This document shows, piece by piece, positions 40,751 through 50,294 of a stretch of DNA of 64,000 nt. How positions within the stretch are numbered: position 1 is the stretch's first letter; each line of letters opens with the position of its first letter. The notes under the pieces were generated by a model. The model saw only the letters and a program-made list of their open reading frames with translations. It was not told where the DNA came from and made no database searches. The DNA comes from Candidatus Omnitrophota bacterium (lineage in GTDB: Bacteria > Omnitrophota > Gorgyraeia > 2-02-FULL-51-18): contig JACPWF010000024.1 in the NCBI GenBank assembly GCA_016197155.1, positions 17,432 through 81,431 of the forward strand, given 5' to 3'. A program made the translations under genes and the position numbers.

Positions 40751-42202
40751 GCCCGCGCCGAGCGCTTCAAGCGCGCGGCGAAAAGAGGGGTTGTCCAGAG
40801 AAAGCGGCGGCAGGTAGAGTCCCAGCGGCTCGCGGACCCACCAGTCGCCGGTTTTCTTTTTCTCCCCGGCGGTCGTGAAGTGATAGCTGTAGAGCACCGC
40901 GCGGATGAAGTGGGGCGGGTGAGCGGGGAAGGGGTTTCGCGCGAGCTGTTTTAAAATTTCCCGGTCGTTTTGAAGCAGTTTGTTGACCAGATTTAAAATC
41001 CACGGGTGCTCGCGCCAATCCGTCATCGCCGCGAACCACATGAGCCAGTCGAGCCTCAGGTGGTAGGGCGCCACGATCGGCGGCCGGCGGCGGACGTCAC
41101 CGGGTTTGGCTTTGAATTCATATTCCTTCCATTTTGTCGAAGGTGAAACCTCCCAGTCGTCCGTTCCCTCCAGGATCACTTCCGTGCGAATCTTCGTGAC
41201 ACTGCCGAACGCGCCGTAGGCGTTGACGAGGTGTAGCGGCTCGAAGCTCGTGTTCATCATCTGCCTCGGTGAAAAAAGATTGAGCGCGGGATGGATGCTC
41301 AAATAAAGAACCAGCGCCGAAAACACCGCGAGGACCGCTTTTCTCGGTTTTGTCGGCGGCGCGGTGGCCGGAAAAGAAACGCGGAAGAATTTTTGAAAGA
41401 ACGCCTCATCGAAACAGGACAGCGCGATCACGATCGTGAGGTAATTGAGCCACGAGAGATTTCCGCTTAGGACGAGGCATCCCTGAAAAACGATCGTGAG
41501 GATTCCCGCCGCCCAGCCCACCGGACCCGGCACGAAGTAAAACCACGGCACAACCAACTCCACAAAATGCGTGTAGAGTGTTTGGAATTTCAAAAACCCG
41601 TGCGGCAGGTGGTGAAAAGACCAGCTGAGAGGATTCGGGATCGGCTGGGTTTCGTAATGGTAGAACATGCAGGTCAAGTCGCGCCAGCAGGCGTCGCCGC
41701 GCATCTTGATGAGGCCCGCGCCGAACATGAGGCGAAAAAGTTCCCAGCGCAAGAACCAAACCACGATTTTCGGCGGCTCGGTGTCCCTTGACCCCAGAAA
41801 AATCGCGAGGAACCCCGTCTCGAGCGTCATGGTTTCCCAGCCAAAGCTGTAGAACGTCTGTCCGATATTGACAACGGACAGATAAAAAACCCAGAGCAGT
41901 CCCCACACCGCCGCGGAAAAATAAATCCCGAAACGCTCCGAGACCCCGCTCATCGCGAGGAGGGACAGACCCACACCCGCCCACACAACCGCCCCGACAA
42001 AAGCGTCCGAGGCATTGAACCAAAAAATCGAAGGGCTGTCCCAAAAACGGATCTGCTTCAGGAAGAACGAGGCGGGCAGGAGGCCGTGCTCGCCGATGAG
42101 CGCGCGGAACTGCAGGGCCGTCGACACGAACGCGATGAGGTAGATGAACCCGAGCGCCCTTTGGAAACAAACGCGGAATCCCATGGCGCTATTATGAACC
42201 AT
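40742..42202 (-). CDS. lipase maturation factor (LMF1-like) family membrane protein
   Basis: 486 aa polytopic. FYHYETQPIPNPLSWSFHHLPHGFLKFQTLYTHFVELVVPWFYF conserved block. Confidence 0.6.
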   Translation of the reverse strand: MVHNSAMGFRVCFQRALGFIYLIAFVSTALQFRALIGEHGLLPASFFLKQIRFWDSPSIFWFNASDAFVGAVVWAGVGLSLLAMSGVSERFGIYFSAAVWGLLWVFYLSVVNIGQTFYSFGWETMTLETGFLAIFLGSRDTEPPKIVVWFLRWELFRLMFGAGLIKMRGDACWRDLTCMFYHYETQPIPNPLSWSFHHLPHGFLKFQTLYTHFVELVVPWFYFVPGPVGWAAGILTIVFQGCLVLSGNLSWLNYLTIVIALSCFDEAFFQKFFRVSFPATAPPTKPRKAVLAVFSALVLYLSIHPALNLFSPRQMMNTSFEPLHLVNAYGAFGSVTKIRTEVILEGTDDWEVSPSTKWKEYEFKAKPGDVRRRPPIVAPYHLRLDWLMWFAAMTDWREHPWILNLVNKLLQNDREILKQLARNPFPAHPPHFIRAVLYSYHFTTAGEKKKTGDWWVREPLGLYLPPLSLDNPSFRRALEALGAGSN

Positions 42203-42219
42203 TCCGCGTGAAAAGCAAA

Positions 42220-42700
42220 ATTAGAAATTTGGGAAAAAAAGCGGCCCTTAGCGTTTCCGCCGCCGTCTTATGAGGAAGAGGCTTTAATTTGTTAAAATTA
42301 ATACAAAAAATATCTAGAATATTGATAGAAATAATCCAATCAATAAAATATAAGAATTTTTGATAATAATTTGATAATCATACTACTTTGCAATAATGAT
42401 TAATATGGGTAATTTACTCCACTTTATAATATAAATTATAAATTTAATGGGAAAAATGTATTATAAATTGAATTTTAATTGATAATTATAGCCACTTTTA
42501 GAAATTTAATTTGTAATAAATGACCCTATTATTTGATGTGATAAAAAACTCCAGCCTGATGCCGGAGGAGGTATTTCGCGGGTTTATAACAGCGGGCGGG
42601 CCGGAAGGATCGATGAAAATATATTTGACAGTAATACTTATATATGGTACATTTTTATTGTCATATATAGAAGTAGAATAGTCATATACGAAAGGCAAAG
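42220..42700. other. AT-rich (~20-25% GC) non-coding island upstream of cysD
   Basis: Seen directly: 480 bp of A/T-rich sequence in a ~58% GC genome. No convincing ORF (the 66-aa 42498-42698 frame is low complexity). Confidence 0.6.
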
Positions 42701-43503
<803 letters not shown>

Positions 43504-43504
<1 letters not shown>

Positions 43505-44778
43505 TGGACGAGGCGCTGCGCATCGTATTCGTGGGCCATGTGGATCACGGCAAATCGACGCTGGTGGGACGGCTGTTGGCCGAAACCGACTCCCTCACGC
43601 CGCAGAAAATCCGCCAGGTGGAGGAGATCTGCAAGGAGCGCGGGATGAAATTCGAGTACGCGTTTTTGCTCGACGCGCTCGAAGAAGAACAGGACCAGGG
43701 CATCACCATAGACGTTTCCCAGGTTTATTTCAAATCCTCGAGGCGCGCTTACCGCATCATCGACGCGCCGGGCCACAAGGAATTCTTAAAGAACATGATC
43801 TCCGGCGCCTCGACGGCGGACGTGGCGATTCTTTTGATTGACGCGGAGGAAGGCCTGCGCGAGCAGTCCAAGCGTCACGCCACGCTCCTTTCTCTTTTGG
43901 GCGTCAAAACCATTCTCATCGTCATCAATAAAATGGATTTGGTCGATTACAAAAAAGAAGTTTTTGACGCCATCCGCGCGGAATACGAAAAACACCTGGC
44001 TTCTCTTAAAATCACCCCGCGCGCCTTCATTCCTCTGGCGGCCTATGACGGCGAAAATCTCGTCAAAAAAAGCCAAAAAATGCCCTGGTATGACGGCCCG
44101 TCGCTTTTGGAAACGCTGGATGGCCTGGAACCGCCCGCCTCGAGCGAAGACAAGCCTCTGCGTTTTCCCCTCCAGGATGTTTACAAGTTCGACAAGCGGA
44201 GAATTCTGGCCGGCCGGATCGAGTCCGGCCGTATCCATGCCGGCGATGAGCTTTTGTTTTTGCCCTCGGGGAAAACGGGCGTTGTCCAATCCATCGAAAA
44301 GTGGCGCCCGCCACAAACCAGCGGCGCCTGCCCGCCTTTGCGGGAAGCCGCCGCGGGCGAGTCTATCGGCATGGTTCTCGAAGACCAGATTTTTGTCGAG
44401 CGCGGAGAAGTGGCCTGCCTGCCGGCTACCGCCGCGCAGGTGGCGCGGTCGCTTTTTGTCCACATTTTCTGGATGGGCAACCTTCACCTGGAAAAGGGCG
44501 CCAAATGCGTTTTGAAATTGACCACGCAGGAAGTCGAGTGCGTGGTCGAGGCGATTTTAAAAGTCGTCAACTCCTCGACGCTGGATGAGATTTCCAAAAG
44601 CTCGCGCTCGGTGGCCAAAAACGAGGTGGCCGAGCTCATTTTGCTTGCCAAAAAACCCGTGGCGTTTGACCCCTTTGACGCGGTGACCGAAACGGGGCGC
44701 TTTGTGCTGGTGCATGACCGGCAGGTGCGCGGCGGCGGGATCATTTTAAAAAAAGCGGAGCCCTTTAGTGCGATTTGA
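43504..44778 (+). CDS. cysN: sulfate adenylyltransferase subunit 1 (GTPase)
   Basis: MDEALRIVFVGHVDHGKSTLVGRLL G1 motif, DAPGH, NKMD. ATG overlaps the cysD stop (TGATG). The 588-aa track ORF is an upstream frame extension. Confidence 0.9.
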
Positions 44779-45523
44779 CATTTTAAAATTAAACAAAGAA
44801 TTTGAAAAGGCCTCGGCGGTGGCGGTCCTTCAGTGGGCGCTTAAAAATTTTTATCCCAAGCTCGCGCTGGCCTCGTCCTTCGGAGCGGAGGACGTTGTCC
44901 TCATCGACATTCTCGTGAAGCTCGAGCCCGGGATACGCGTGTTCACGCTGGACACGGGAAGATTGAACGAAGAGACGTACGAGGTGATGGACCGCATCCG
45001 GGAGAAGTATAAAATTTCCGTCGAGTCCTATTTTCCGGATCGGAAAAAAGTGGAGGCCCTCGAACGGGCGAAGGGATTTTATTCTTTCCGCGAGTCCGTT
45101 CAAAATCGCAAAGAGTGCTGTGGGATCCGGAAGGTCGAGCCGCTCGGTCGCGCGCTCAAAGGTCTGGAGGCGTGGGTGACGGGCCTGCGCCGCGCGCAGT
45201 CGGTGACGCGCACGGGCATTGAAAAAATTGAAAAAGACGAGGCGCACGGCGGGATTTTAAAAATCAGTCCGCTGGCGGATTGGACGAACGACGACGTGTG
45301 GGCCTACATTAAAAAGAACGGCGTTCCGTACAACCGCCTGCACGACCAGGGGTATCCGTCGATCGGCTGTGCGCCGTGCACGCGCGCGGTGAAGCCCGGC
45401 GGGGACATCCGTTCCGGTCGCTGGTGGTGGGAAAATCCCGATCACAAGGAGTGCGGACTCCATGTAACAGACAGGAGTCAGGCATCAAGAGACAGGATTC
45501 AGGAAAAGAAAAACAATAAATGA
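44768..45523 (+). CDS. cysH: adenylylsulfate (APS)/PAPS reductase, Fe-S type
   Basis: 251 aa. SSFGAEDVVLIDIL, CGIRKVEPL, SIGCAPCT...KECGLH (two Cys pairs typical of APS reductases). Confidence 0.85.
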   Translation: MRFDILKLNKEFEKASAVAVLQWALKNFYPKLALASSFGAEDVVLIDILVKLEPGIRVFTLDTGRLNEETYEVMDRIREKYKISVESYFPDRKKVEALERAKGFYSFRESVQNRKECCGIRKVEPLGRALKGLEAWVTGLRRAQSVTRTGIEKIEKDEAHGGILKISPLADWTNDDVWAYIKKNGVPYNRLHDQGYPSIGCAPCTRAVKPGGDIRSGRWWWENPDHKECGLHVTDRSQASRDRIQEKKNNK

Positions 45524-46137
45524 GAGTGGTTTTAAGGAGAGTCCATAAGAGTTTTGAGCAAAAAGGCCAGAGAGTGCAGGTCCTCTCCGACGTGAATCTT
45601 GCCGTCGAGGAGGGGGAGTTCATCTGCGTGCTCGGGCCTTCGGGTTGCGGCAAATCGACGCTCATCTCGCTCATCGCGGGTCTGGAGTTTCCGGATTCGG
45701 GAGAGGTGTTCGTCGATTCCAAAATCGTCGAGGGGCCCTCAAGCGACCGCCTGGTGGTTTTTCAGGAGGCCGCGCTTTTTCCGTGGCTGTCGGTGCTCGG
45801 CAATGTGGAGTTTGGCCTGAAACTCGCGCGCGTGCCGGAAAAAGAGCGCCGGGAGCGGGCGCTTGAGGCGATTAAAATGGTGCACCTGGCGCGTTTCGTG
45901 AACGCCCATCCGCACGAGCTATCCGGCGGCATGAAACAGCGCGCCGCGCTCGCTCGCGCGCTCGTCCTGGATCCCAAAATTCTCCTCATGGACGAGCCGT
46001 TCGCCGCGCTCGACGCCCAGACGCGCAACCTCCTGCAGGTCGAGCTTCAGGAAATCTGGCAGAGGACCAAAAAGACGATTTTATTCGTCACGCACAACGT
46101 GCGCGAGGCGACGTTTCTGTCCGACCGCGTTTTGTAG
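45520..46137 (+). CDS. ABC transporter ATP-binding protein (NitT/TauT family), truncated by an in-frame TAG at 46135-46137
   Basis: Walker A GPSGCGKST, signature LSGGMKQRAALARAL, Walker B LLMDEP, H-loop VTHN. After the TAG the same frame continues through the family-typical ARPGTIKKEHPISIPRPRK to a TGA at 46357-46359. Confidence 0.8.
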   Translation: MRVVLRRVHKSFEQKGQRVQVLSDVNLAVEEGEFICVLGPSGCGKSTLISLIAGLEFPDSGEVFVDSKIVEGPSSDRLVVFQEAALFPWLSVLGNVEFGLKLARVPEKERRERALEAIKMVHLARFVNAHPHELSGGMKQRAALARALVLDPKILLMDEPFAALDAQTRNLLQVELQEIWQRTKKTILFVTHNVREATFLSDRVL

Positions 46138-46355
46138 ATCACCGCGCGGCCCGGCACGATCAAAAAAGAGCACCCGATTTCCATTCCGCGTCCGCGGAAA
46201 GAGCAGGACCCGAACCTTTTGGTCGTTCAAACCCGGATCATGAGTTCGCTGAAGGACGAGATCGAAAAAGTGGCGCGCGAGGAGCTCGACACGGATTACA
46301 AAGTTTCCAAGGAAGGCGTTTTGATCCCCGTTGACCGGAATGTGGGGAGCAACAT

Positions 46356-46760
46356 TTGACGATTAAAATCCACAAAGGCGTTTACGACCGGATGATTGCC
46401 CACGCCAAGTCCGGTTATCCGAACGAGGCGTGCGGGATCCTGGCCGGAAAGCCGAAAGGCCCGGCGGGCGTTTTTTATCCCATGCGCAACGCGGACGAAT
46501 CGCCGATCAGTTATTTCATGGACCCCAGGGAACAGCTGGGCGTTTTCAAAAAAATGAGAGAGGCCGGTCTCGAGATGAAGGGGATTTTTCATTCGCATGT
46601 GGCGAGTGCCGCCTATCCTTCGCAAAAAGACGTGCGGCTCGCGTTTTATCCGGAAGCGAGCGCGGTGATTGTGTCGTTGTCGGATTTGAAAAAGCCGGTC
46701 GTGTGTTCGTTTAAAATTGATCGGGAAACCGTGACGGAGGAGAAAATAGAAATTGTCTAG
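46356..46760 (+). CDS. JAMM/MPN+ metalloprotease (Mec+/CysO-hydrolase-like)
   Basis: 134 aa. NEACGIL plus HSHVASAAYPSQKD (JAMM motif E...HxH...S..D). TTG start overlapping the upstream frame. Confidence 0.8.
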   Translation: MTIKIHKGVYDRMIAHAKSGYPNEACGILAGKPKGPAGVFYPMRNADESPISYFMDPREQLGVFKKMREAGLEMKGIFHSHVASAAYPSQKDVRLAFYPEASAVIVSLSDLKKPVVCSFKIDRETVTEEKIEIV

Positions 46761-46986
46761 CGCCGATTCCGAAACCGTCCGGATCCTTTTGAACGGAAAA
46801 CCGCAGGCCGTCCGCGCGGGCCTGTCGGTCGCGGATCTTCTTTTAAAATGGAAGATCCGGCCGGAGCTCGTGACGGTCGAGCTGAACGGGACGATTTTGC
46901 AGAAGCTCGACTATGAAACGGCGGAATTGAGACAGGGCGACAAGGTGGAATTTGTTTTTTACATGGGAGGTGGCGCTTGGGCATAA
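46753..46986 (+). CDS. ThiS/MoaD-like sulfur carrier protein (CysO-like) with a C-terminal extension after Gly-Gly
   Basis: 77 aa ending ...VEFVFYMGGGAWA. Beta-grasp carrier. Confidence 0.75.
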   Translation: MSSADSETVRILLNGKPQAVRAGLSVADLLLKWKIRPELVTVELNGTILQKLDYETAELRQGDKVEFVFYMGGGAWA

Positions 46987-47906
46987 AGGCCGGCACGGAT
47001 GTTTTGGAGCTCATCGGCAACACGCCGATGGTGAGGCTGAGGAAGGTCGTCGGGAAAAATGACGCGGCGATCTTCGCGAAGCTGGAAATGTTCAATCCCG
47101 GCGGGAGCGTGAAGGACCGCATCGCGCTGAACATGGTCGAACAGGCCGAGAAAAAAGGAATTTTAAAACCGGGGTCCGTGATCGTCGAGCCCACGAGCGG
47201 CAACACGGGCATAGGCCTGGCGATCGTCGGGGCCGTGAAAGGCTACCGCGTGATTCTCACGATGCCCGAGGCGATGAGCCAGGAGCGGATTCAGATTTTG
47301 CAGAGTTTCGGCGCCGAGGTCGTGCTCACGTCGGCGCGCGACGGGATGGTGGGCGCGGTCGAAAAGGCGCGAGAGATCGTCGCCTCGACGAAGGACGCCT
47401 TTATGCCTCAACAGTTCATGAACCCGGACAACCCGGCGGCGCACCGCAAGACGACCGCGAGGGAGATTTTACGCGACACGGACGGCACGATCGACGCGTT
47501 CGTGGCCGGTGTCGGGACCGGCGGCACCATCACGGGCGTCGGAGAGGTTTTAAAGAAACACAATCCCAAAATCAGGATCGTCGCCGTCGAGCCGAAAAAT
47601 TCGAGCGTCCTCTCCGGCGGAAAGCCGGGGCCGCACATGATCCAGGGCATCGGCGCGGGATTTGTGCCGGACGTTTTGGACCGCGAGGTGATCGACGAGA
47701 TCCTCACGGTCGACGACCACGAGTCCTATCAAATGGCCAAGCGCCTCACGCGCGAGGAGGGCATTTTTGCGGGCCTCTCCTGCGGTGCCGCCTGCATCGG
47801 CGCTTTGAAAACGGCCAAGTCGCTCGGAAACGGAAAGACGGTCGTCGTGGTGTTTCCCGATTCGGGCGAGCGTTACCTGAGCGTCGAACCGTACTTCAAT
47901 ATTTGA
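46977..47906 (+). CDS. cysM: cysteine synthase (CysM/CysK family, PLP-dependent)
   Basis: 309 aa. Lys-PLP region KLEMFNPGGSVKDRIAL, GNTGIGLAIVGA, GTGGTITGVG. Confidence 0.85.
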   Translation: MGIKAGTDVLELIGNTPMVRLRKVVGKNDAAIFAKLEMFNPGGSVKDRIALNMVEQAEKKGILKPGSVIVEPTSGNTGIGLAIVGAVKGYRVILTMPEAMSQERIQILQSFGAEVVLTSARDGMVGAVEKAREIVASTKDAFMPQQFMNPDNPAAHRKTTAREILRDTDGTIDAFVAGVGTGGTITGVGEVLKKHNPKIRIVAVEPKNSSVLSGGKPGPHMIQGIGAGFVPDVLDREVIDEILTVDDHESYQMAKRLTREEGIFAGLSCGAACIGALKTAKSLGNGKTVVVVFPDSGERYLSVEPYFNI

Positions 47907-48694
47907 TCCGAGGCTCCATGAACGCCAAATCGCTGTCCGTTTATTTTTTGAAACAAATCCTTTTTTACGCCGCGCTGGTTTTGGCGTGGCAATTTTTATT
48001 TTCCCTCAAATTCTGGCCGCAGTATCTTTTTCCCTCGCCGGGGCAGGTGCTCGAGACGCTCGCCGAGGGCTTCCGCAACCGGACGTTTCTCGTCGGGATC
48101 GCCGTCAGTTTGAGGCGGTTATCCGCGGGGTATCTGATCTCGGTTTTTTTCGGCGCCGCGCTCGGCCTCTTGATCGGAAAATTCAAAATATTGGACGAGA
48201 CGCTCGGCGGATTTATTGTGGGATTGCAGACCCTGCCCAGCATCTGCTGGCTGCCGCTGGCGATCCTGTGGTTCGGGCTGAATGAGGCGGCGATCATTTT
48301 CGTCGTCGTGATGGGTTCGCTTTTGTCGATCACGATGGCGACGGACAGCGGCGTCAAAAACATCCAGCCGATCACCCTGCGCGCGGGACGCAACATGGGC
48401 GCCAGGGGCAAGGACCTGTTTCTTCAGGTGATCCTGCCCGCGGCGCTTCCGTCCATCGTGATGGGATTGAAACAGGGCTGGTCTTTCGCGTGGCGCTCGC
48501 TGATGGCTGGGGAAATCCTGTTTGTGAGCCTCGGGCTCGGGCATCTCCTCAACATGGGCCGGGAGCTGAACGACATGAGCCAGGTGATCGCGGTCATGAT
48601 CGTGATCGTGGCGATCGGCGTCATCGTGGACAACCTGATCTTTGGCTCGGTGGAGAAAAAGGTCAGGCAAGTATGGGGACTGGAAAGAAAGTGA
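47903..48694 (+). CDS. ABC transporter permease (NitT/TauT family)
   Basis: 263 aa, 6 TM. Permease with an EAA-like loop. Confidence 0.8.
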   Translation: MIRGSMNAKSLSVYFLKQILFYAALVLAWQFLFSLKFWPQYLFPSPGQVLETLAEGFRNRTFLVGIAVSLRRLSAGYLISVFFGAALGLLIGKFKILDETLGGFIVGLQTLPSICWLPLAILWFGLNEAAIIFVVVMGSLLSITMATDSGVKNIQPITLRAGRNMGARGKDLFLQVILPAALPSIVMGLKQGWSFAWRSLMAGEILFVSLGLGHLLNMGRELNDMSQVIAVMIVIVAIGVIVDNLIFGSVEKKVRQVWGLERK

Positions 48695-49689
48695 AAAAGT
48701 TTTTCGCGTTTTCGGGACTGCTTCTTTTTTTAAACACGGCGGCCCATCCCTTCACCGGAAATAAGGAAGCGCCGGCCGTGCGCGTGGGGCATTTTTCCAA
48801 TCTCACGCACGCGCAGGCGCTCGTCGGCCGCGCGAACGGCTGGTTTAACGAGAGGCTTTCTCCGGACGCGCCACCCGAGTGGAAAATTTTTAACGCGGGG
48901 CCTTCGGCGGCCGAGGCGATTTTTGCGGGGCAGGTCGACATCGCCTACATCGGCCCGAGCCCGGCGGTGAACGGTTTTATCAAATCAAACGGCGAGGCCC
49001 TGCGCATCGTCGCGGGCGCGGCCTCGGGGGGCGCGGCACTCGTCGTGCGCGAGGATGCGGGAATCAAAACCGTCGGGGACTTTCACGGCAAAAAAATCGC
49101 TTCCCCCCAGCTCGGGAACACGCAGGACGTGGCGATCCGCGCGTGGCTTTCGAAAAATAAATTCGCTTTGGCGGATCGGGGCGGCGACGTGCAGGTCCTG
49201 CCGGTTTCGAACGCGGACCAACAAACACTTTTCCTGAAAAAAGAGATCGACGGCGCCTGGACCGTCGAGCCGTGGGTGTCGCTTCTCATGGAGAAGGCGA
49301 ACGGGAAAATTTTCCTCGAAGAGTCCGGGCTTTGGCCCGGCGGGAAATACGCGACCACCGTCGTCGTGGTGAGGAAAAAATTTCTCGACGAGCGCCCGGC
49401 GCTCGTAAAAAAATTCCTGAAGGCCCACGCCGACCTGACGGATTGGATCCGCCGGAACCCCGTGGAGGCCAAAGGCCTTATGGCCGCGGAAATCGAAAGA
49501 GAAACGACAAAGGCCCTGCCCCCGGCTGTTCTGGACGAGGCCTTCAAGCGGATCGAATTTTTGACCGACCCGCTCGAGGCCTCCGTCAAAACCCAGGCCG
49601 ACGCCGCGTACGAGGCGGGGTTTTTGAAGAAAAAGCCCGACCTCGCGGGGCTCTTTGATTTAAAGATTTTGAAGGAACTTTCCGCTTGA
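48673..49689 (+). CDS. ABC transporter periplasmic substrate-binding protein (NMT1/TauA/SsuA-like)
   Basis: The track ORF opens at 48490 in the permease overlap. A signal-peptide start MGTGKKVKKFFAFSGLLLFLNTAA is at ATG 48673 (or GTG 48691). NMT1-like fold. Confidence 0.75.
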   Translation: MGTGKKVKKFFAFSGLLLFLNTAAHPFTGNKEAPAVRVGHFSNLTHAQALVGRANGWFNERLSPDAPPEWKIFNAGPSAAEAIFAGQVDIAYIGPSPAVNGFIKSNGEALRIVAGAASGGAALVVREDAGIKTVGDFHGKKIASPQLGNTQDVAIRAWLSKNKFALADRGGDVQVLPVSNADQQTLFLKKEIDGAWTVEPWVSLLMEKANGKIFLEESGLWPGGKYATTVVVVRKKFLDERPALVKKFLKAHADLTDWIRRNPVEAKGLMAAEIERETTKALPPAVLDEAFKRIEFLTDPLEASVKTQADAAYEAGFLKKKPDLAGLFDLKILKELSA

Positions 49690-49714
49690 CAACGTATAGT
49701 TTAGTATATACACT
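49686..49714 (+). promoter_or_regulatory. putative sigma70-like promoter and operator palindrome of the brnTA module
   Basis: TTGACA (49686-49691), 17-nt spacer, TACACT. The spacer contains the inverted repeat GTATAgtttagTATAC. Confidence 0.4.
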
Positions 49715-49723
49715 CTAATTGGG

Positions 49724-50026
49724 GTGCCGGTTATGGAATGGTTCAAAAATGCCTCGGAGTTCGAATGGGATCCGGGGAATAAGGATAAGAACTTTGCCAA
49801 GCACCGGGTCACCAATGAAGAGTGCGAAGAGGCGTTTTTCGATCCCCATAAACGTTTTCGGAGCGTGCCCTCGGAGTGGGGGGAGGAGAGGCATCTTCTG
49901 GTCGCCAAGACCAAGGCGGGGAGGTTATTGTTCATTGTTTTTACTTTGAGGCGTAGTAAAATACGCGTGATACCCGCCCGTGATTTAAACCGGCGCGAGA
50001 GGCATCTTTATGAAAAAGAATCTTAA
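49724..50026 (+). CDS. brnT: BrnT family ribonuclease toxin (DUF497)
   Basis: 100 aa. FEWDPGNKDKNFAKHRVTNEECEEAFFDP ... IRVIPARDLNRRERHLYE. Confidence 0.8.
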   Translation: MPVMEWFKNASEFEWDPGNKDKNFAKHRVTNEECEEAFFDPHKRFRSVPSEWGEERHLLVAKTKAGRLLFIVFTLRRSKIRVIPARDLNRRERHLYEKES

Positions 50027-50282
50027 ACTTCACAAATTTCACAATGAGGACGAAGAGAGAAAATTTTGGGCGACTCTCGATTTGGCGGATTATTTCGAAT
50101 CGAAAGATTTGGCGTCGGTTTCTTTTCCAAATCTCAAACCTTCCTCGCGATCGATTTCCATCCGGCTGTCCGAACCGATGCTGATTCGTTTAAAGGAACA
50201 GGCCAACGAGCTTCACATTCCTTACCAGTCGCTGATCAAACAGTACATCGCCAGAGGGATCCGTCAGCCTTATGCGGCCTAA
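50010..50282 (+). CDS. brnA: BrnA antitoxin (RHH-like)
   Basis: 90 aa. Overlaps brnT by 17 nt. C-terminal HIPYQSLIKQYIARGI. Confidence 0.7.
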   Translation: MKKNLKLHKFHNEDEERKFWATLDLADYFESKDLASVSFPNLKPSSRSISIRLSEPMLIRLKEQANELHIPYQSLIKQYIARGIRQPYAA

Positions 50283-50294
50283 CCGGGTGAATCC

